DNA of 64,000 nucleotides, taken from contig NMRA01000018.1 of assembly GCA_002633005.1 (NCBI GenBank), positions 381,846 to 445,845 of the forward strand. Reading direction: 5' to 3'. How positions within the stretch are numbered: the first letter of the stretch is position 1; each line of letters opens with the position of its first letter. The DNA is from Phoronis australis. Taxonomy: Eukaryota; Animalia; Phoronida. The notes beneath the pieces are model-generated. The model saw nothing but the letters and a program-made list of their open reading frames with translations, was not told where the DNA came from and did not search any database. Positions 50,001-61,500 of this stretch are shown in pieces. A program made the position numbers and the translations under genes.

Positions 50001-53000
50001 AGTATTGAAGCTATTTAGAAGGTGCCAAGCGTGTGTCCATGGAGTCGCACGGCTGGATGTAAGCGGTTTGTGTGCCCAGGTCACCATCCAGTGGGAACAG
50101 CATAAGAATTCCATTGTCAGCACAATAGTGCACACCGTGCATTTGCACCAAGAAGTCCCACCACGTCTGTCCTCAGTCTCTGTCTCATCCCCTTCAACAG
50201 CTGTCTGCGCGTATTCTGCCTCACTATACTCGTGCTCAAAGATTATCCACCCACTGACTGCGTGAAAAATTCTACGTCACCACTCCTATGAACAATGTCT
50301 CCGTCACTCACGTCACTGTCTGTGATAGGGGTCGCCAACTCCGCTATTTACAGGCTACACCAAAGCAAACGATCCCTAAATCCAACGTAATTGAGTTTTG
50401 TAACATCCTAGCTTGTCGCAGAATACTCGCCAATAAGAAACAACGATGGAACGGATCCTCACGGTAAACTCGAATACAGAAACAAAATGGCGGGAAATTC
50501 TTAACCGCCTAAAAGTCACTTCCGGAGTAGAGCATGACTACTTAATAAAATTGCGGAAAGTCGTAATTAACTGAAACATATGTCTGGGATAATCAAGGAA
50601 CCGTATTTTTACTAAAAGTGACACGATAAAAGGTTGCCTCCTCCTTTAATTCGCTTTTCCGCCCCATAACCCAAAATTGTGCAGCGAGGGTGTTGCAGTA
50701 AGAATTGCGCCCCGCGGCACAAGAACAATGATATACAAGGAAATTTGTGAGGTCAGAAATTTCCAACACAGTGAACAATGCCTTAGAAACCATTTCACTT
50801 ATGAAGTTCTGCTCTAAAAATAAATTTCTGTCCGATTTACTCTGAGAATGTTTCTCACACTGGCGCCTTCTAACAGTGACTTACGGTGTGCAGACGTGCT
50901 GTGAATATGATTGGCTAAAAATGACCCCGTCAGCCGCAAGTTGGTCGAGATTTGGCGTAAAAAAGTATTCATTGCGGTAGCCAACGTCACTGTAACCTGA
51001 AACGGAAGTCATCAAAATAAAGTGCATCTGAAGCTAAAAATGTGAGTTTTGCAAAGTTTACATAACATCAACTAACTTGATTGTATCAACATTATAAAAA
51101 AGCATACACATTTTTGTGAAACTGGTTTTGCTAATACAACCATTTGGTGCCTTTCGGTGATTGGTGGTGGGACACGCACATTTGCTCGTCGAAACGAGTT
51201 GAATAACCCGAACTTGAATTTTCCGATAAATGATAAGCAAACCGCAGTTTTACCGCGTGGCAGATTTTTTAAAAATTATAATTTGCGATAATTTCCCTAA
51301 ATGACCAAGGCGCTTTTAACCATTTTGTCCAATTCTAGGGGTAACCGTTCGCTCGATACGGGTATCATTTTAGCAGATTGTCAAAAAAAATGTGGCGCAT
51401 TGTCGTCCTCCAGAGATCGATTGTGGCACAGGCTTTACTGGGACGGGAGACCACCGCCGGTATCTTAGTGTCCGGTCTAAATTTCTTTTCAATATTTTCG
51501 CAAGTTTGGTTATAAGGATATTCTAACTGTTTAGCAGTTTTATTCAGTTATTTTGATGTTGCATGTACGTTGTTCCTTTTATACTGTTTATTATTTTATA
51601 CTGTTTGTTTGTATGTATACGGCATTCATGATTAAATCATTTATTACGAAAAACACAAGGGGAAGGCATGCCTTCGTCTTTTGTCAGCGCGAGTCTTGCA
51701 AAATAATTTCTGTCAAAATTTATTTTGCCACATTTTGTCAACATTTTCTGTAGGAAATGTCCCTATTTCGGTTTTATTAAAGCTAAGGTCGGCTTTCAAT
51801 TATTTTATCCCCGTTTGCAGGCTGGTAACAGACACTGCTCTAGTCTCAAGGCCGACCGGCGTACCTGAATGAATTGTACTTCCGGGTTCGCGGTTAGTTC
51901 AAAATGGCGGTGTGTTCTTCGGGTCGGAATCATGATCGTGAGTGACACGTTTACTTAAACTTTTTTCGACTACGGATTGTGTATTGGTTGTAGGATAGGT
52001 ACTGCGTGGTTCCTTATAATTTCTTGTAACTATTTAATAGGGTTAAAAATGTGTGCTTCTAGGACTTTAACTTGTTCGGAAGTTTTGCGATGAGCAGCAA
52101 CGCAAGGCTTACGAACAAGTTCAGCGTCAGGCAATTCATAGTGAGCTCGGTGTGTTCAAAATTTTTATAGACAACATGTGTCGCAGTTTTAAATTTTTTC
52201 TGTTTATTTATGGTTATTGCTTTTAACCTTTCAAAATGCTTCAGACTATGTAATTAAAGAAATTGATGTCATTTTGTTATTTCATTTTTGAGTCATTATT
52301 AGCCTATAAAAAAAATTATTTGAAAATAAAAATGGAAGTGACGTTCAAACGCTATTATGGGTTTTTGACTAGCGTAATGAAATGCAGAGACAACTGAACG
52401 GCGACAACATCAGCCAGAAATTTCAAGTGGCTTTACGCAGACGAGTATACTAACGTTCGTTTTTCATAAACATGGACTCTGGTTCACAATACTTTGCACT
52501 TTAAATGGAACTTCAACATGTTTTTGATATACTCTGTTCTACAAGAAATTAAAGTGCCTTACATTATTTTGTGCTCGTGTACATTGTAGTTTTCACACCT
52601 GAAGTTCTAGTTCAAGTTAGCACCTGGTGCCTCCGAGATTTGAGATATAAACTCGAGTAAAAACACGATATTTCGATTTCAGATTCAAATTTATAGGTTT
52701 AATGCAATCATAGGCGGATCCAGGGGAGTCAAGGGGGGTCCGGACCTCTTTTTTCCCTTGGTTTTATCAAATCTAGAATTTCCAAGTTGTTGACTTCGCT
52801 CCTTTTTAAAAATTCCTTGATCCGACCTCTTAAAAAATCTACATCTGGCTGTGCTCATCTGATGCAAATTAGGATTAGACAGGCATTCACATGTACCATC
52901 ATATCCTCGAGCTCAGAACAAAGACACTTACCATGAGTTCGCTCACAATTTAGCAAATATGACAAAAATAAGTTCCATTTCGAATACCGGCTCTGAAGCT

Positions 53001-53693
53001 ATTTGCATGTCGCGCTCTTTTCTATTACGTTTGTTCTAATTTTTACTTCGAACACGACCGTTCTCATAATGGTGAGGGATCTACAGGAAAAAATCCCACC
53101 TTTTGTGGAAATTCGAAGAACTGTTTGACTTTTAGTTCATTTTTACACGTAATGCTGAGGTGGTAACAAGAAGTCACGCGCCAAGCCAGAGACGGAACCA
53201 GAATTTTGAGTTAGATATTGCCAGGGCAGAGGACTAGCCAGGATTTTTGTCCGTCTGATATTCGCACCCCTGAACTGCCAAATGGATAAATGGTAGAATT
53301 TTAGGGAGGGGTAGGTCCCTCTAGTCCCCCCACTTAAATCAGCCACTGTAAGCAACACGCAAACATTGTGAACACACCAGTCATGAGATTCACTATCGTG
53401 GACTATTAGACAGGTCATGTTTTGTATGTAATCAAGATGATTTTTGGCGTGCTAAACTTGAAAAACGTCGATATTAGGCAGTCGCATTCCTTCACAAAAC
53501 ATAAGTCTTTCATATCCATAACGGAATTGTTGTAAAACTTGAGTAGAAATTTGGCAATAAAACACTTACCCAAGTCGTCAGCAACAATAAATACTATATT
53601 TGGAGGATTTTTTTCAGCGTTTTGCTTCTTCTGTGTTGCGTGCGTTGAAACAAAAGTCAACAAAATCACCAAAGAAAAAATCAAGGCCTTCAT
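30085..53693 (-). CDS. Arylsulfatase B/I/J-like sulfatase, copy A, 11 exons, 498 aa: join(53570-53693, 50885-50996, 43647-43802, 41714-41885, 41128-41229, 37912-37975, 36636-36733, 35419-35567, 32778-32957, 32225-32391, 30085-30257)
   Basis: All ten introns are GT-AG with matching phases, and the 1497-nt spliced frame is open. It has a signal peptide, PNIVFIVADDLG, CTPSR (formylglycine site), [54 protein letters not shown] and a terminal WSPGWC. Confidence 0.92.
32225..32391 (-). CDS. Sulfatase A exon 10
   Basis: CGDYKLLVCNP...WFIPPE...KRKRRSTTTDLLFNLA. Confidence 0.88.
32778..32957 (-). CDS. Sulfatase A exon 9
   Basis: [17 protein letters not shown]...VDGFDQ...SNRTEFVYNI...RAAIR. Confidence 0.9.
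33912..34060 (-). mobile_element. Penelope-like GIY-YIG endonuclease C-terminal remnant
   Basis: SRQEIVENTSILFVKHDVLRLKVLQSLLIK aligns by eye with TRKEIAENSNILCVENDTFRSKILKSLLIS at 37038-37259. Confidence 0.45.
35419..35567 (-). CDS. Sulfatase A exon 8
   Basis: [50 protein letters not shown]. Confidence 0.9.
36636..36733 (-). CDS. Sulfatase A exon 7
   Basis: GMVASLDESVGNLTSALKSKNMYDNTIIIFVSD, AG/GT bounded. Confidence 0.9.
36774..36952. repeat. (CATA)n microsatellite
   Basis: Seen directly in the sequence. Confidence 0.95.
37038..37280 (-). mobile_element. Penelope-like GIY-YIG endonuclease remnant
   Basis: SRRLSMHLRGGSIQVHF...LTRKEIAENSNIL...SLLISHEPVLNEQ; similar to the remnant at 38805-39020. 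Confidence 0.6.
37912..37975 (-). CDS. Sulfatase A exon 6
   Basis: VTAEYENLCARIQDAGRRKYC G, AG/GT bounded. Confidence 0.85.
38399..38484. repeat. (TATGTA)n/(TA)n microsatellite
   Basis: Seen directly; abuts the left Penelope-like terminal repeat. Confidence 0.95.
38665..38700 (-). ncRNA. Minimal type-I hammerhead ribozyme motif
   Basis: The minus strand reads AGC-CUGAAGA-U-GAGAU-AUGU-GUCUC-GAAA-UA-UC-GCU: catalytic core, stem II, palindromic AUAU mini stem III and stem I AGC/GCU, as in the minimal hammerheads described for Penelope-like elements. Confidence 0.65.
39439..40105. mobile_element. 667-bp foldback MITE with an 8-bp TSD (possibly P superfamily)
   Basis: Arms 39439-39750 and 39794-40105 are near-perfect inverted repeats around a 43-bp spacer. 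Ends CACAGG...CCTGTG; TSD TATTACAC at 39431-39438 and 40106-40113. Confidence 0.9.
40831..40866 (+). ncRNA. Minimal type-I hammerhead ribozyme motif
   Basis: AGCCTGAAGATGAGATATGTGTCTCGAAATATCGCT, identical to the minus-strand copy at 38665-38700. Predicted cleavage is after AUC (40863). Confidence 0.65.
41022..41091. repeat. (CATA)n(TA)n microsatellite
   Basis: Seen directly; abuts the right Penelope-like terminal repeat. Confidence 0.95.
41128..41229 (-). CDS. Sulfatase A exon 5
   Basis: TLLSEKAVDVINNHDVSKPLFLYMAHLAPHEPIQ, AG/GT bounded. Confidence 0.9.
41714..41885 (-). CDS. Sulfatase A exon 4
   Basis: WHLGQCSWNCTPTYRGFDSFYGNYNG...DLRDNKVPVTDQVGKYAT, AG/GT bounded. Confidence 0.9.
43647..43802 (-). 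CDS. Sulfatase A exon 3
   Basis: SRTAYMTGLYAFRTGQQHAVILPDRPHCVPLELKMLPEYMKDLNYATHLVGK, AG/GT bounded. Confidence 0.9.
46369..46466. mobile_element. ~100-bp hairpin element, same family as 29955-30057
   Basis: Starts TTAAATCAGTTTATGGCCACAGTAAGAT and has the same stem. Flanked by TATTTTACCTAG at 46357-46368 and 46467-46478. Confidence 0.7.
46530..46820 (+). mobile_element. Decayed THAP-domain remnant of a DNA transposon
   Basis: Across shifted frames: CFVPG...GFPKDD...GTHFMLSDY...KELM...KQRLKKSA, paralleling the THAP at 5310-5600. Confidence 0.4.
48780..49850 (-). mobile_element. DNA-transposon relic with a spliced THAP domain; inverted second copy at 54625-56420
   Basis: 49704-49503 reads PYYCYFPECKSSTGGHKFPKD...VCSLHF...TSLG|GTAAG. 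After TTACAG at 48838 it continues ERKRLKPAAWLSV. 48913-49850 is the reverse complement of 54625-54973 plus 55873-56420. Confidence 0.65.
50885..50996 (-). CDS. Sulfatase A exon 2
   Basis: TTTCAG|GYSDVGYRNEYFFTPNLDQLAADGVIFSQSYSQHVCTP|GTAAGT. Confidence 0.9.
53570..53693 (-). CDS. Sulfatase A exon 1 (signal peptide, PNIVFIVADDL)
   Basis: MKALIFSLVILLTFVSTHA...PPNIVFIVADDL G|GTAAGT. Confidence 0.9.
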
Positions 53694-53769
53694 GATAACT
53701 AATACACAAAGAGTTACTGAGGTATCGACATCATGCAAGCTGTGTGTTATTTTATGACAATCGATCCAT

Positions 53770-53776
53770 ATTTATA
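53770..53776 (-). promoter_or_regulatory. Candidate TATA box of sulfatase A
   Basis: TATAAAT on the minus strand, ~77 nt upstream of the ATG at 53693. Confidence 0.45.
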
Positions 53777-54624
53777 TGTCGCCGTGAATGTTGTGCCGCC
53801 CACTGCCATTGGGAAATCCCGGGGTTGTAATTAGAATTGGGTGTAAACGGCAACGATGTTTACTACGATAATGCACAATAATTAGTGTCAAGCAAGGAAA
53901 GTGCTAAAAAGATATAAATGCGTACAGCAACGATTGGATAGGCAAAAGATGGTAAATCATGGGCAATAAAACATTATCGAGCACGGTCACACGTAGTTCG
54001 AACACCACTCATCAGTTTTGCACGTATGAACGAGTAGAGCGTGCTGAACGTCACTGGCACAAATCGCACGATACAATCCTATGCGTGTCAGCAAGTTGGA
54101 CATTGCTATGAATCATACATGGAAATCTTCAAAATTCTGACTGTTTTGCCCGCCAGCTGTTGCAACAGGGTTTATCGTGTTACTCCAGCAATTTTTGGGC
54201 AATATCAGCTGGCTATACTGTCTTCGAGTTCACCGACAATTAAAATCAAATAGCTAGCAATTTTAAGTTGCTAGATATATTTATCACTTTTATATCACCT
54301 ATATATCGAAAACGCACATTTGTGTGTTTCTACGAATTGCAAGAGGTTTTCATCATTTCTTAATGGATCGATGCATTTACCAGGCTTACTTTTAAACAAC
54401 CCTTTTAATTACGGGCCACAGCATTTCTTCACTAGTGTGACGATGCTAAACTTCAGCGAACCTTACTTTCAATAACACACGACACCTTTATCAGGGCCTC
54501 TTACAATAAAGTAACTGCGGTACTATTACTGTAGAATCCAAGAACGAGATCACCTGTTTAATATTGTACATTTACTTCGCAATACCTAGTCTCGTACAGT
54601 GCCACCACGTGGGAAGCAGCCCGG

Positions 54625-56420
54625 GCAAAATGGGACTATTCGGAGAATTCTCCTCGCGGTGTCGCTGCTGTAGTAGTGGTGATTGAATTGCGCATGCGTT
54701 GCTGTCTGCATGTAAGCAGCTGGTAAAAAGATGGAATTGTTATTAAAATACGTCGTCGCGCTAAGCCTTATTATTACTATTTTCCCTCGTGGTCACAAAT
54801 TCCCAAAAGACCTAAGGTTACTAAATTAGTGGAGAATTGCTGTCAAAGGTCAACTAACTGACAAAAAGTGTGTGGATGCCGAAGCCCGGTGTGTGCTCTA
54901 TGCATTTCCATTGGGAGATTACATAACGTTACTTGGTAAGTTTTAAGCAATCAGTTTCTATCGACATCGTTCGTAGGCAATGACCATCGCCTCTGTTGGC
55001 CCGAAGCAGAAGCGATGCAGAGGCTATAGGCGCTCTGTACGCCGGAAGCTTTTCGACGAATTATGCCTCGCACCGACTAAACCATCAAAGTCACGTTGTT
55101 ATAAATACCTTTTGCGCATAGAGGAACACCTTAGGAGGTTGTCGATGTGTTTAAGTCCTTCCAACTCGAACAAATACTCCCGTTATGAAACTTTTTCTTC
55201 TAGCAGTCCCTATTTCAGTTCCCAAAATCGTGAAATCAAAATTTTTGTACTGCGCACGCTCCAATTTTTACCGCGCTCGCTAGGTGATGTGACTTCACCT
55301 CAATTTTTAAATAGGCCAAAGGTGAGCCATTGCGGTCTTGTCAGTCAAATGTTCGTTTCCAAAATGCCACCACTTATACTTGTCTTTAATTGGCGTTACT
55401 TGAAACTGTTTGTATTTCAATGAATTATTGTTTGTATTTGATAAAAATAAATGCTGTTGATATGACATTTAATAGTCTTTGTGCACATATTTGACATTTT
55501 AATGTTTAACAACACGGCAAATGCACGGCTGGTTCCCGGCAGCACGTACGCAAAGGGCGGGAACTTCAGCTTTCAAAGTTCGGCCTGGTTAAAAAAAATG
55601 AAAATTTTGATTTCACGATTTTGGGAACTGAAATAGGGACTGATCGAAGAAAAAGTTTCATAACGGGAGTATTTGTTCGAGTTGGAAGGACTTAAACACA
55701 TCGACAACCTCCCAAGGTGTTCCTCTATGCGCAAAAGGTATTTATAACAACGTGACTTTGATGGTTTAGTCGGTGCGAGGCATAATTCGCCGAAAAGCTT
55801 CCGGCGTACAGAGCGCCTATAGCCTCTGCATCGCCTCTGCTTCGGGCCAACAGAGGCGATGGTCATTGCCTACATCGTTCGGTGATGTTATCCCCACCAG
55901 TTATCCCACTGAATAACGGGTTTATTGAGTGGAACTACATGTAAGTGTTTCTTTTCGAAAACTCACCCGGGACTCGGATGGCGGGTAGGCTAGCAGCACA
56001 TATTCACGTGTTGTCCTGGGTGGGAATGCACCCAACATATGATACGTGACGCTCAGAAGTCAAGGGTGACTTTTTCACAGCAGTTTCTCTTCAAAACTGT
56101 GCTATGTCCAATAAAATACTCTAGATGAATGAGTTTCCTTATTATATAGCGGACCCCACCCCCAGGACTACCACATTAGTTACCGAATTAACACGAATAA
56201 GCTGTTCAGTAAATGTTGTAACATTGCATTGGAATACAAATTGACACCTAGAATGAATTTTACTTGTTGAGATCAGATGCACATTTTAGGTGTCATGAAA
56301 AATACACATTGTTAAATCACTTTTAGCCTGTTTCATATATTTTAATTCAGATCTTAAATAAGACTCGGATACAAAGATTATTAGTTTCTACATATAAACA
56401 TGAAGATGAAATGTCAAGTT
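54625..56420 (+). mobile_element. Second (inverted) copy of the 48913-49850 THAP element, interrupted by a MITE
   Basis: Colinear reverse-complement similarity on both sides of the 54974-55872 insertion. Confidence 0.75.
54974..55872. mobile_element. 899-bp MITE with ~270-bp TIRs and a 9-bp TSD (Mutator-like by TSD length)
   Basis: TAGGCAATGACC...GGTCATTGCCTA with near-identical arms (ORFs 54980+ and 55866- are mirror images). TSD CATCGTTCG at 54965-54973 and 55873-55881. The empty site with a single CATCGTTCG is at ~49466-49474 on -. Confidence 0.9.
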
Positions 56421-58364
56421 AAATTTTACAACACAAAAGATATTTCTATAGCATAAGCCTATTTGTGGAACAATGCATCTCCAGGATTTTTTTCTCTTCT
56501 TTGTCATTGGTCATTCCAAGCACTTGAAATGCGCAAGATAGTGGAGCCATTAAGGACCAAATTTATTCACTTTTCGATAAAAGCATGGAAATTGGTGTGT
56601 TTGTCAATTATGATGTGCGCATCAAAATTATGCTTAGTACCCATCGTCATTACCGTGTTACAAGGCAGATGCCACCTTTCTTCATTGAAAATTTCTTACA
56701 TGAACTCCTTGCGACTCATTGATGATTTTGAAAAAAAACACCTGGTATAGTTTGTATATAATTGCAGGCGGTCTGGTACTCATTCTACCAGATGTGCGCT
56801 GAGTGCTTAGATGGAACCATTGCACTGATCACTTGGAACCAGTTTATGCTGAATTGATATACACTGTATAGTTAAAACTGAGCTGAAGAGCTAGAGACCT
56901 GACTGAAGTGTTTAGCAGTGTGCCCCTGTAAGACGCGAAATACACAACCTTGAGTAAAGGAAGCCGAACACTTATCTCACTATGTCTCTTCAAGGTATAT
57001 CCAACTTTATTTAGTGGCCTCCATCCTATCTCGTTTATCCAAAAAAACTAGGCTTTGTCCTTAACTAGTAAAAGTATATACTTTCTGAAAGAAAAAAGAT
57101 CGGGGAATACACAAATACGTTCGGCTAGTCTTTTCGTTTAATTTTTATGACAAATCAACTCGCAAAACGTACGGTATTTTTGTAAAAAAATAGAAGTCCA
57201 ATTCGTCTTATGCAAAAACTAGGTCACTATTTCGAAAATCCCAACTGCGTTTTTGAGAATGATTATTAAATATCAAGTTTGGAAAGTTTCAGCGAAATCC
57301 ACCAAGCTATTTTCAAGGATTCGTGTTCCTAAGTTAAAAAAAAGCCGATTATATGGCAAGACGTGAAAATCTCAAGGACTTTGGTTAATTATTCGGTGAA
57401 AACGTGTTTTTGGTCAATGTAATATATACTTCCTTTATCTGTGTTCATTAGCTTAATCATCACAAAAACGTTTCATCAACCAACTTGAAGTCAATTCACA
57501 ATGCATCGAATGTAACTAGGTCATGCGGGAGGGGCCAGCATACTAATAAAGATGCTATAAAATCTTTGATATTAAGTGGGACAAGCTGGTGTATTGTGGT
57601 CCACTTTAAAGTAGGCCAACAGTTCATTTTTATGCACACCAGGCGCCGGGAGATCGACATGTGACCCAAGTTCGATATGGATATCAGAAATCGAGTCAGT
57701 TGTTAAAGTGCGTCGTGAACATGAAACTGAAACTGCAAAGTGTCAAATTGCCTATCAAACTAAAGAACTTGAGTGAGGATTTATCTCTTCACAACTGTTC
57801 GTGAACACCACGTCACGGGTGTGAGGCGAAGCGTCACTTCACTTTTCCACCATTTTGTCCAAAATTGGCTAAACTTCGTGTGCATACTTGCAGTAAGAGA
57901 AAATCTTGGCAGGACCGATCCAGAAACATCAGTTCCAAATTGTGAGTTTTATTGCAGATGGGTTTTCAGTCTCTTCAAGAGTTTTAAGTATTCACTCAAA
58001 AGTTTTGAAAGAAAATAAATCAGATGCTTAGTGATGGCGTATCTGCCACTAAATGATGCGAGTTGGACCCGAAACAGAAATGCACAAAAATCTTGCATGC
58101 TTTGGTCTTATTTCTGATTCTGTTAACCACGGGGCAATTTAGCAATTGAAATGTTTACTAGCTTGGATTAACCGCCGGTGTGCTTCGACAACATTTGCAC
58201 CTATTGTATGTTCCTGGGGAGTTCAACCAGCTTTACGATTAACAAGGTCTATGGCCATCGAAGTGCTGAGTAATTTACGGAGCTCCGTAAATCCGTCATT
58301 TTAATTTCATTTGACTGGGTTAACAACGTCAAAATATATACTTTCATAGCTACGCCTATGATAA

Positions 58365-58440
58365 CAATAAACACCCCCAAACGCTGTACCATTTGCGGTG
58401 CAGACTTGGGCACATTTCAACGTTGCCCGTTGCTCTTGTC
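58365..58440 (+). mobile_element. Isolated HINE-like 3' terminus in the sulfatase 3' UTR region (shorter copy at ~29870-29918)
   Basis: GCGGTGCAGACTTGGGCACATTTCAACGTTGCCCGTTGCTCTTGT resembles the terminus at 21121-21166. Confidence 0.45.
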
Positions 58441-58514
58441 CAATTTTACATAATATGAAAATGCGACCAAATATTTGTATTACTTTATTGTTTAAGGATT
58501 GGACATTTGTGACA

Positions 58515-61500
58515 TTAGCACCATCCAGGTGACCACACTCCATTAAAGTTTTCTGGGTTTGAGGCTGGAGACACCGGCGGAAAGTTGGCGGGTACCATCT
58601 CCATGACGTACTGGTTCAGACGTTCGCGCATTCTCTTGGCCACCTCAGGTTTTTCGCTGATCAGATTCACTCTCTCCTCTGGATCCTCTGAAACACGGAA
58701 CAGAGGAAACAGTGAAACAAAGCTCCCTGAGCGGTTAGGCGAGGTTTATGTTTACTCCGCCAAACTGCGCAGTTTGTTCATAACAAACAAACTAATCGTT
58801 GCAAACAATGTTGTCGTTTGGTATTACCAATTGCTTCAAATTTCTGTCAAGAGACGGCTCTAACGCTCAAGACACGTTCAAGACGAGACTGAAGTCTTAG
58901 ACTAAAGTGCCATTTAGGTTGCTGTTAACGAAATGCGCCTTGGCTTGGGCATAACTTTCGATTAATGCCAGAAGCTCAGTACATTTTCTGAATTAAACGA
59001 ATTATTGGTATGTAGCCTGTGTGCGTCGACCTTTTTCCTAGTAGATCTGGGATGCATTCAACGAGTCACTCAGTGTCAAAACGCATCTGATCTTGTGCTA
59101 TATCTTGAGTAAGGAACGCACCTTGGGTCGCCATGTGATGAGTCATTTCTGGCCTGCTGAAGCGTGTAACGCGGTTGGCCAGTTGTCGAACACGCAACGA
59201 TGGTCTTGAAAGAACCAATCAAAGTCAAGGTTATAAAAAGTGTGTTGAACAAACCAATCGGTTTGTTTTTCCTTCAGATATGATCGAATTTACAATTAAA
59301 CGCAATAACCAACGGCGTGAAGGCGAACTATCTATGTCCGGTTTCTTGACCCCTCTGACGTTCATACAGAATCCGGGGTACTATAACATTCATCACTTCC
59401 ACTATTTTCGCTGTCCAACCTATTTTCGCGACTTGGAAATCTGCGAATTTTGTTCAAAATTTGATGAATTCTTTAGTGTCGTGTCATTTCCAAAGTGTCC
59501 GACACCGCAAATTACAGATAGATTAGGATTATTTCAAATAATATATGTAAACTTTCACTTTATTGATCAATGCGAAGTAGGAGGTGACCTTTTTGGATGA
59601 TCAGGTGTCGGCACTTTGAAGTGACTGACACTGATCTTAGTATACGTCATAACTGACCAGACCAAAACGTCTTGTTTCTCAAACAGAAATTGACGTGCTT
59701 AGGAATTGGTTTTCGAGTCAACTACGACAGACCTAATTGCATGGGGATGAGTCCCAGTGACTCGTCACAACTTGAAGGTGACGCTGGGCGCGTTCCATAC
59801 TTGTAAAGGCTTGCATACTCTGGCTGTAGACAACTGAGAAGTGGGCTGCATTCTGTTGACACAAAAAGCACGCACAAACCCAAGATAAAACAAATGTTCG
59901 CCTGATATCGCCTTGTATTAAAAGTAAAGTTCTCTATCTTACTAACTTTTCTCGTGAGTGTCTCGAGTGGTAACAAGCACGTGGCAAGACTATAGCTTAT
60001 AGACTGGAAACTATTTTCTTTTTAAACATTCTAACCATTTTAGTGGCCTCAGATTTTTACTGGGCTGGCTTACTTTCCGTAGGTGCGAAAAACCCAAGAT
60101 TGCGCAAGACATCGCGAGAAATTGCCACGGATTACAAGCGAAGCACGTGACAAGTCTAGGGCCCTTCGCGAGATTCTTGCGTCAGCAGAACTCAACCCAC
60201 ATCATGGTTTACTTACAAAATGTCGGCCTACATTGCACTAACGCTATCATGAGGGAACTCTCCAAACTCGCAAGAGTGTTAACGTACACACTCAACCCTG
60301 ATGTTTAATAAAGAGTGTGTTTGAATCTCGTCTCTATTTACCAGATAAATTAAACAACATGTCTGTCGTCGTACTCCGGCGCTTTCGTTTTAATTCCTCG
60401 CCGCAGCCATTTGCATCATATTGTGTAAACTCAGGCGGAATAAACCAATCATTTGATTCCGGATAACGTAAAGCTGGGTTACCCACAAGCAATTTATAGT
60501 CCCCACACCTGAAATTTTCAATAGTTGCAATCATCCACGAGAATACCCGCACAGTGCTTATATTTGAACATACAATATCTGCCTACGCCCCTACACGAGA
60601 CTATAAGCATCACATGAAAAAAATCGAGTGTTATATAAACACTTGAAGTTCGCAGATTCATTACTGATGTCTTTGTGTAATGCCGCTTATCATCCGCATT
60701 GGAGACCGCTCACCACTCTCTAAACCTCACGTGACTTACTAATTTATATTTAGGTTAAAATACGTGAAGTTTACGAAAAAAAATCTCAAATGCTTTTCAC
60801 CGAGAGAAGAATATGTGTTGTGTTGTATATCCTGAAGAAGAACATTATTGTGTAGGCCAACAGGAGGTATTTCATACCTTATCGCCGCTCTGAGTGGTGC
60901 CCTAGTGAAGTTGTTTATGTTGTAAACAAACTCAGTTCTGTTTGAAACGTCGCCGTTTAAAAGAAGTTGCGACTGGTCAAAGCCGTCAACGTTAGTTGGG
61001 GCTGTACCCCCTCCGAGTCCAATGATGGTCGAAAACCAGTCGGTGGCATGGATCATGCTGTAAAAGAAGACATCAACTCGCGGAAAAAGCAAAATAATTT
61101 GAATTTTACTAGGATTATGCAAGACCTCCCTGTTCATGTCAACCCTGTGCTTCCATCGTTCAATTCAACTTATATTTTGCCTGAAACCTGTTCATTGCAA
61201 AAAACCAACGTCGGAGCCAATCCACCACCACTCCATGGTGGCAAAAAATCCCGCTTGACATCCTGTTGAAAAGTTCTGGATACGTCAGTAATGAACTGCC
61301 TGATCAAACTAGAAAAGACCTACAGACAAAAAGGAACTTGATGGGTATGCCGTGAATATTTGAAAGTACTACGACTAATCATGACAGCATTTCTTATATA
61401 GGTAACTTTTCATATCGGCACTCTCTACAGTAATGAGAGCACGAAATTGACGTCTGCTTGCACCTGACAAAGATTTGGTGGACAGAAATTCAATTCAAAC

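Noticed and set aside
54980-55866. Pair of similar ORFs on opposite strands (MTIASVGPKQ...)
   Set aside because: Produced by the long terminal inverted repeats; no recognisable domain.
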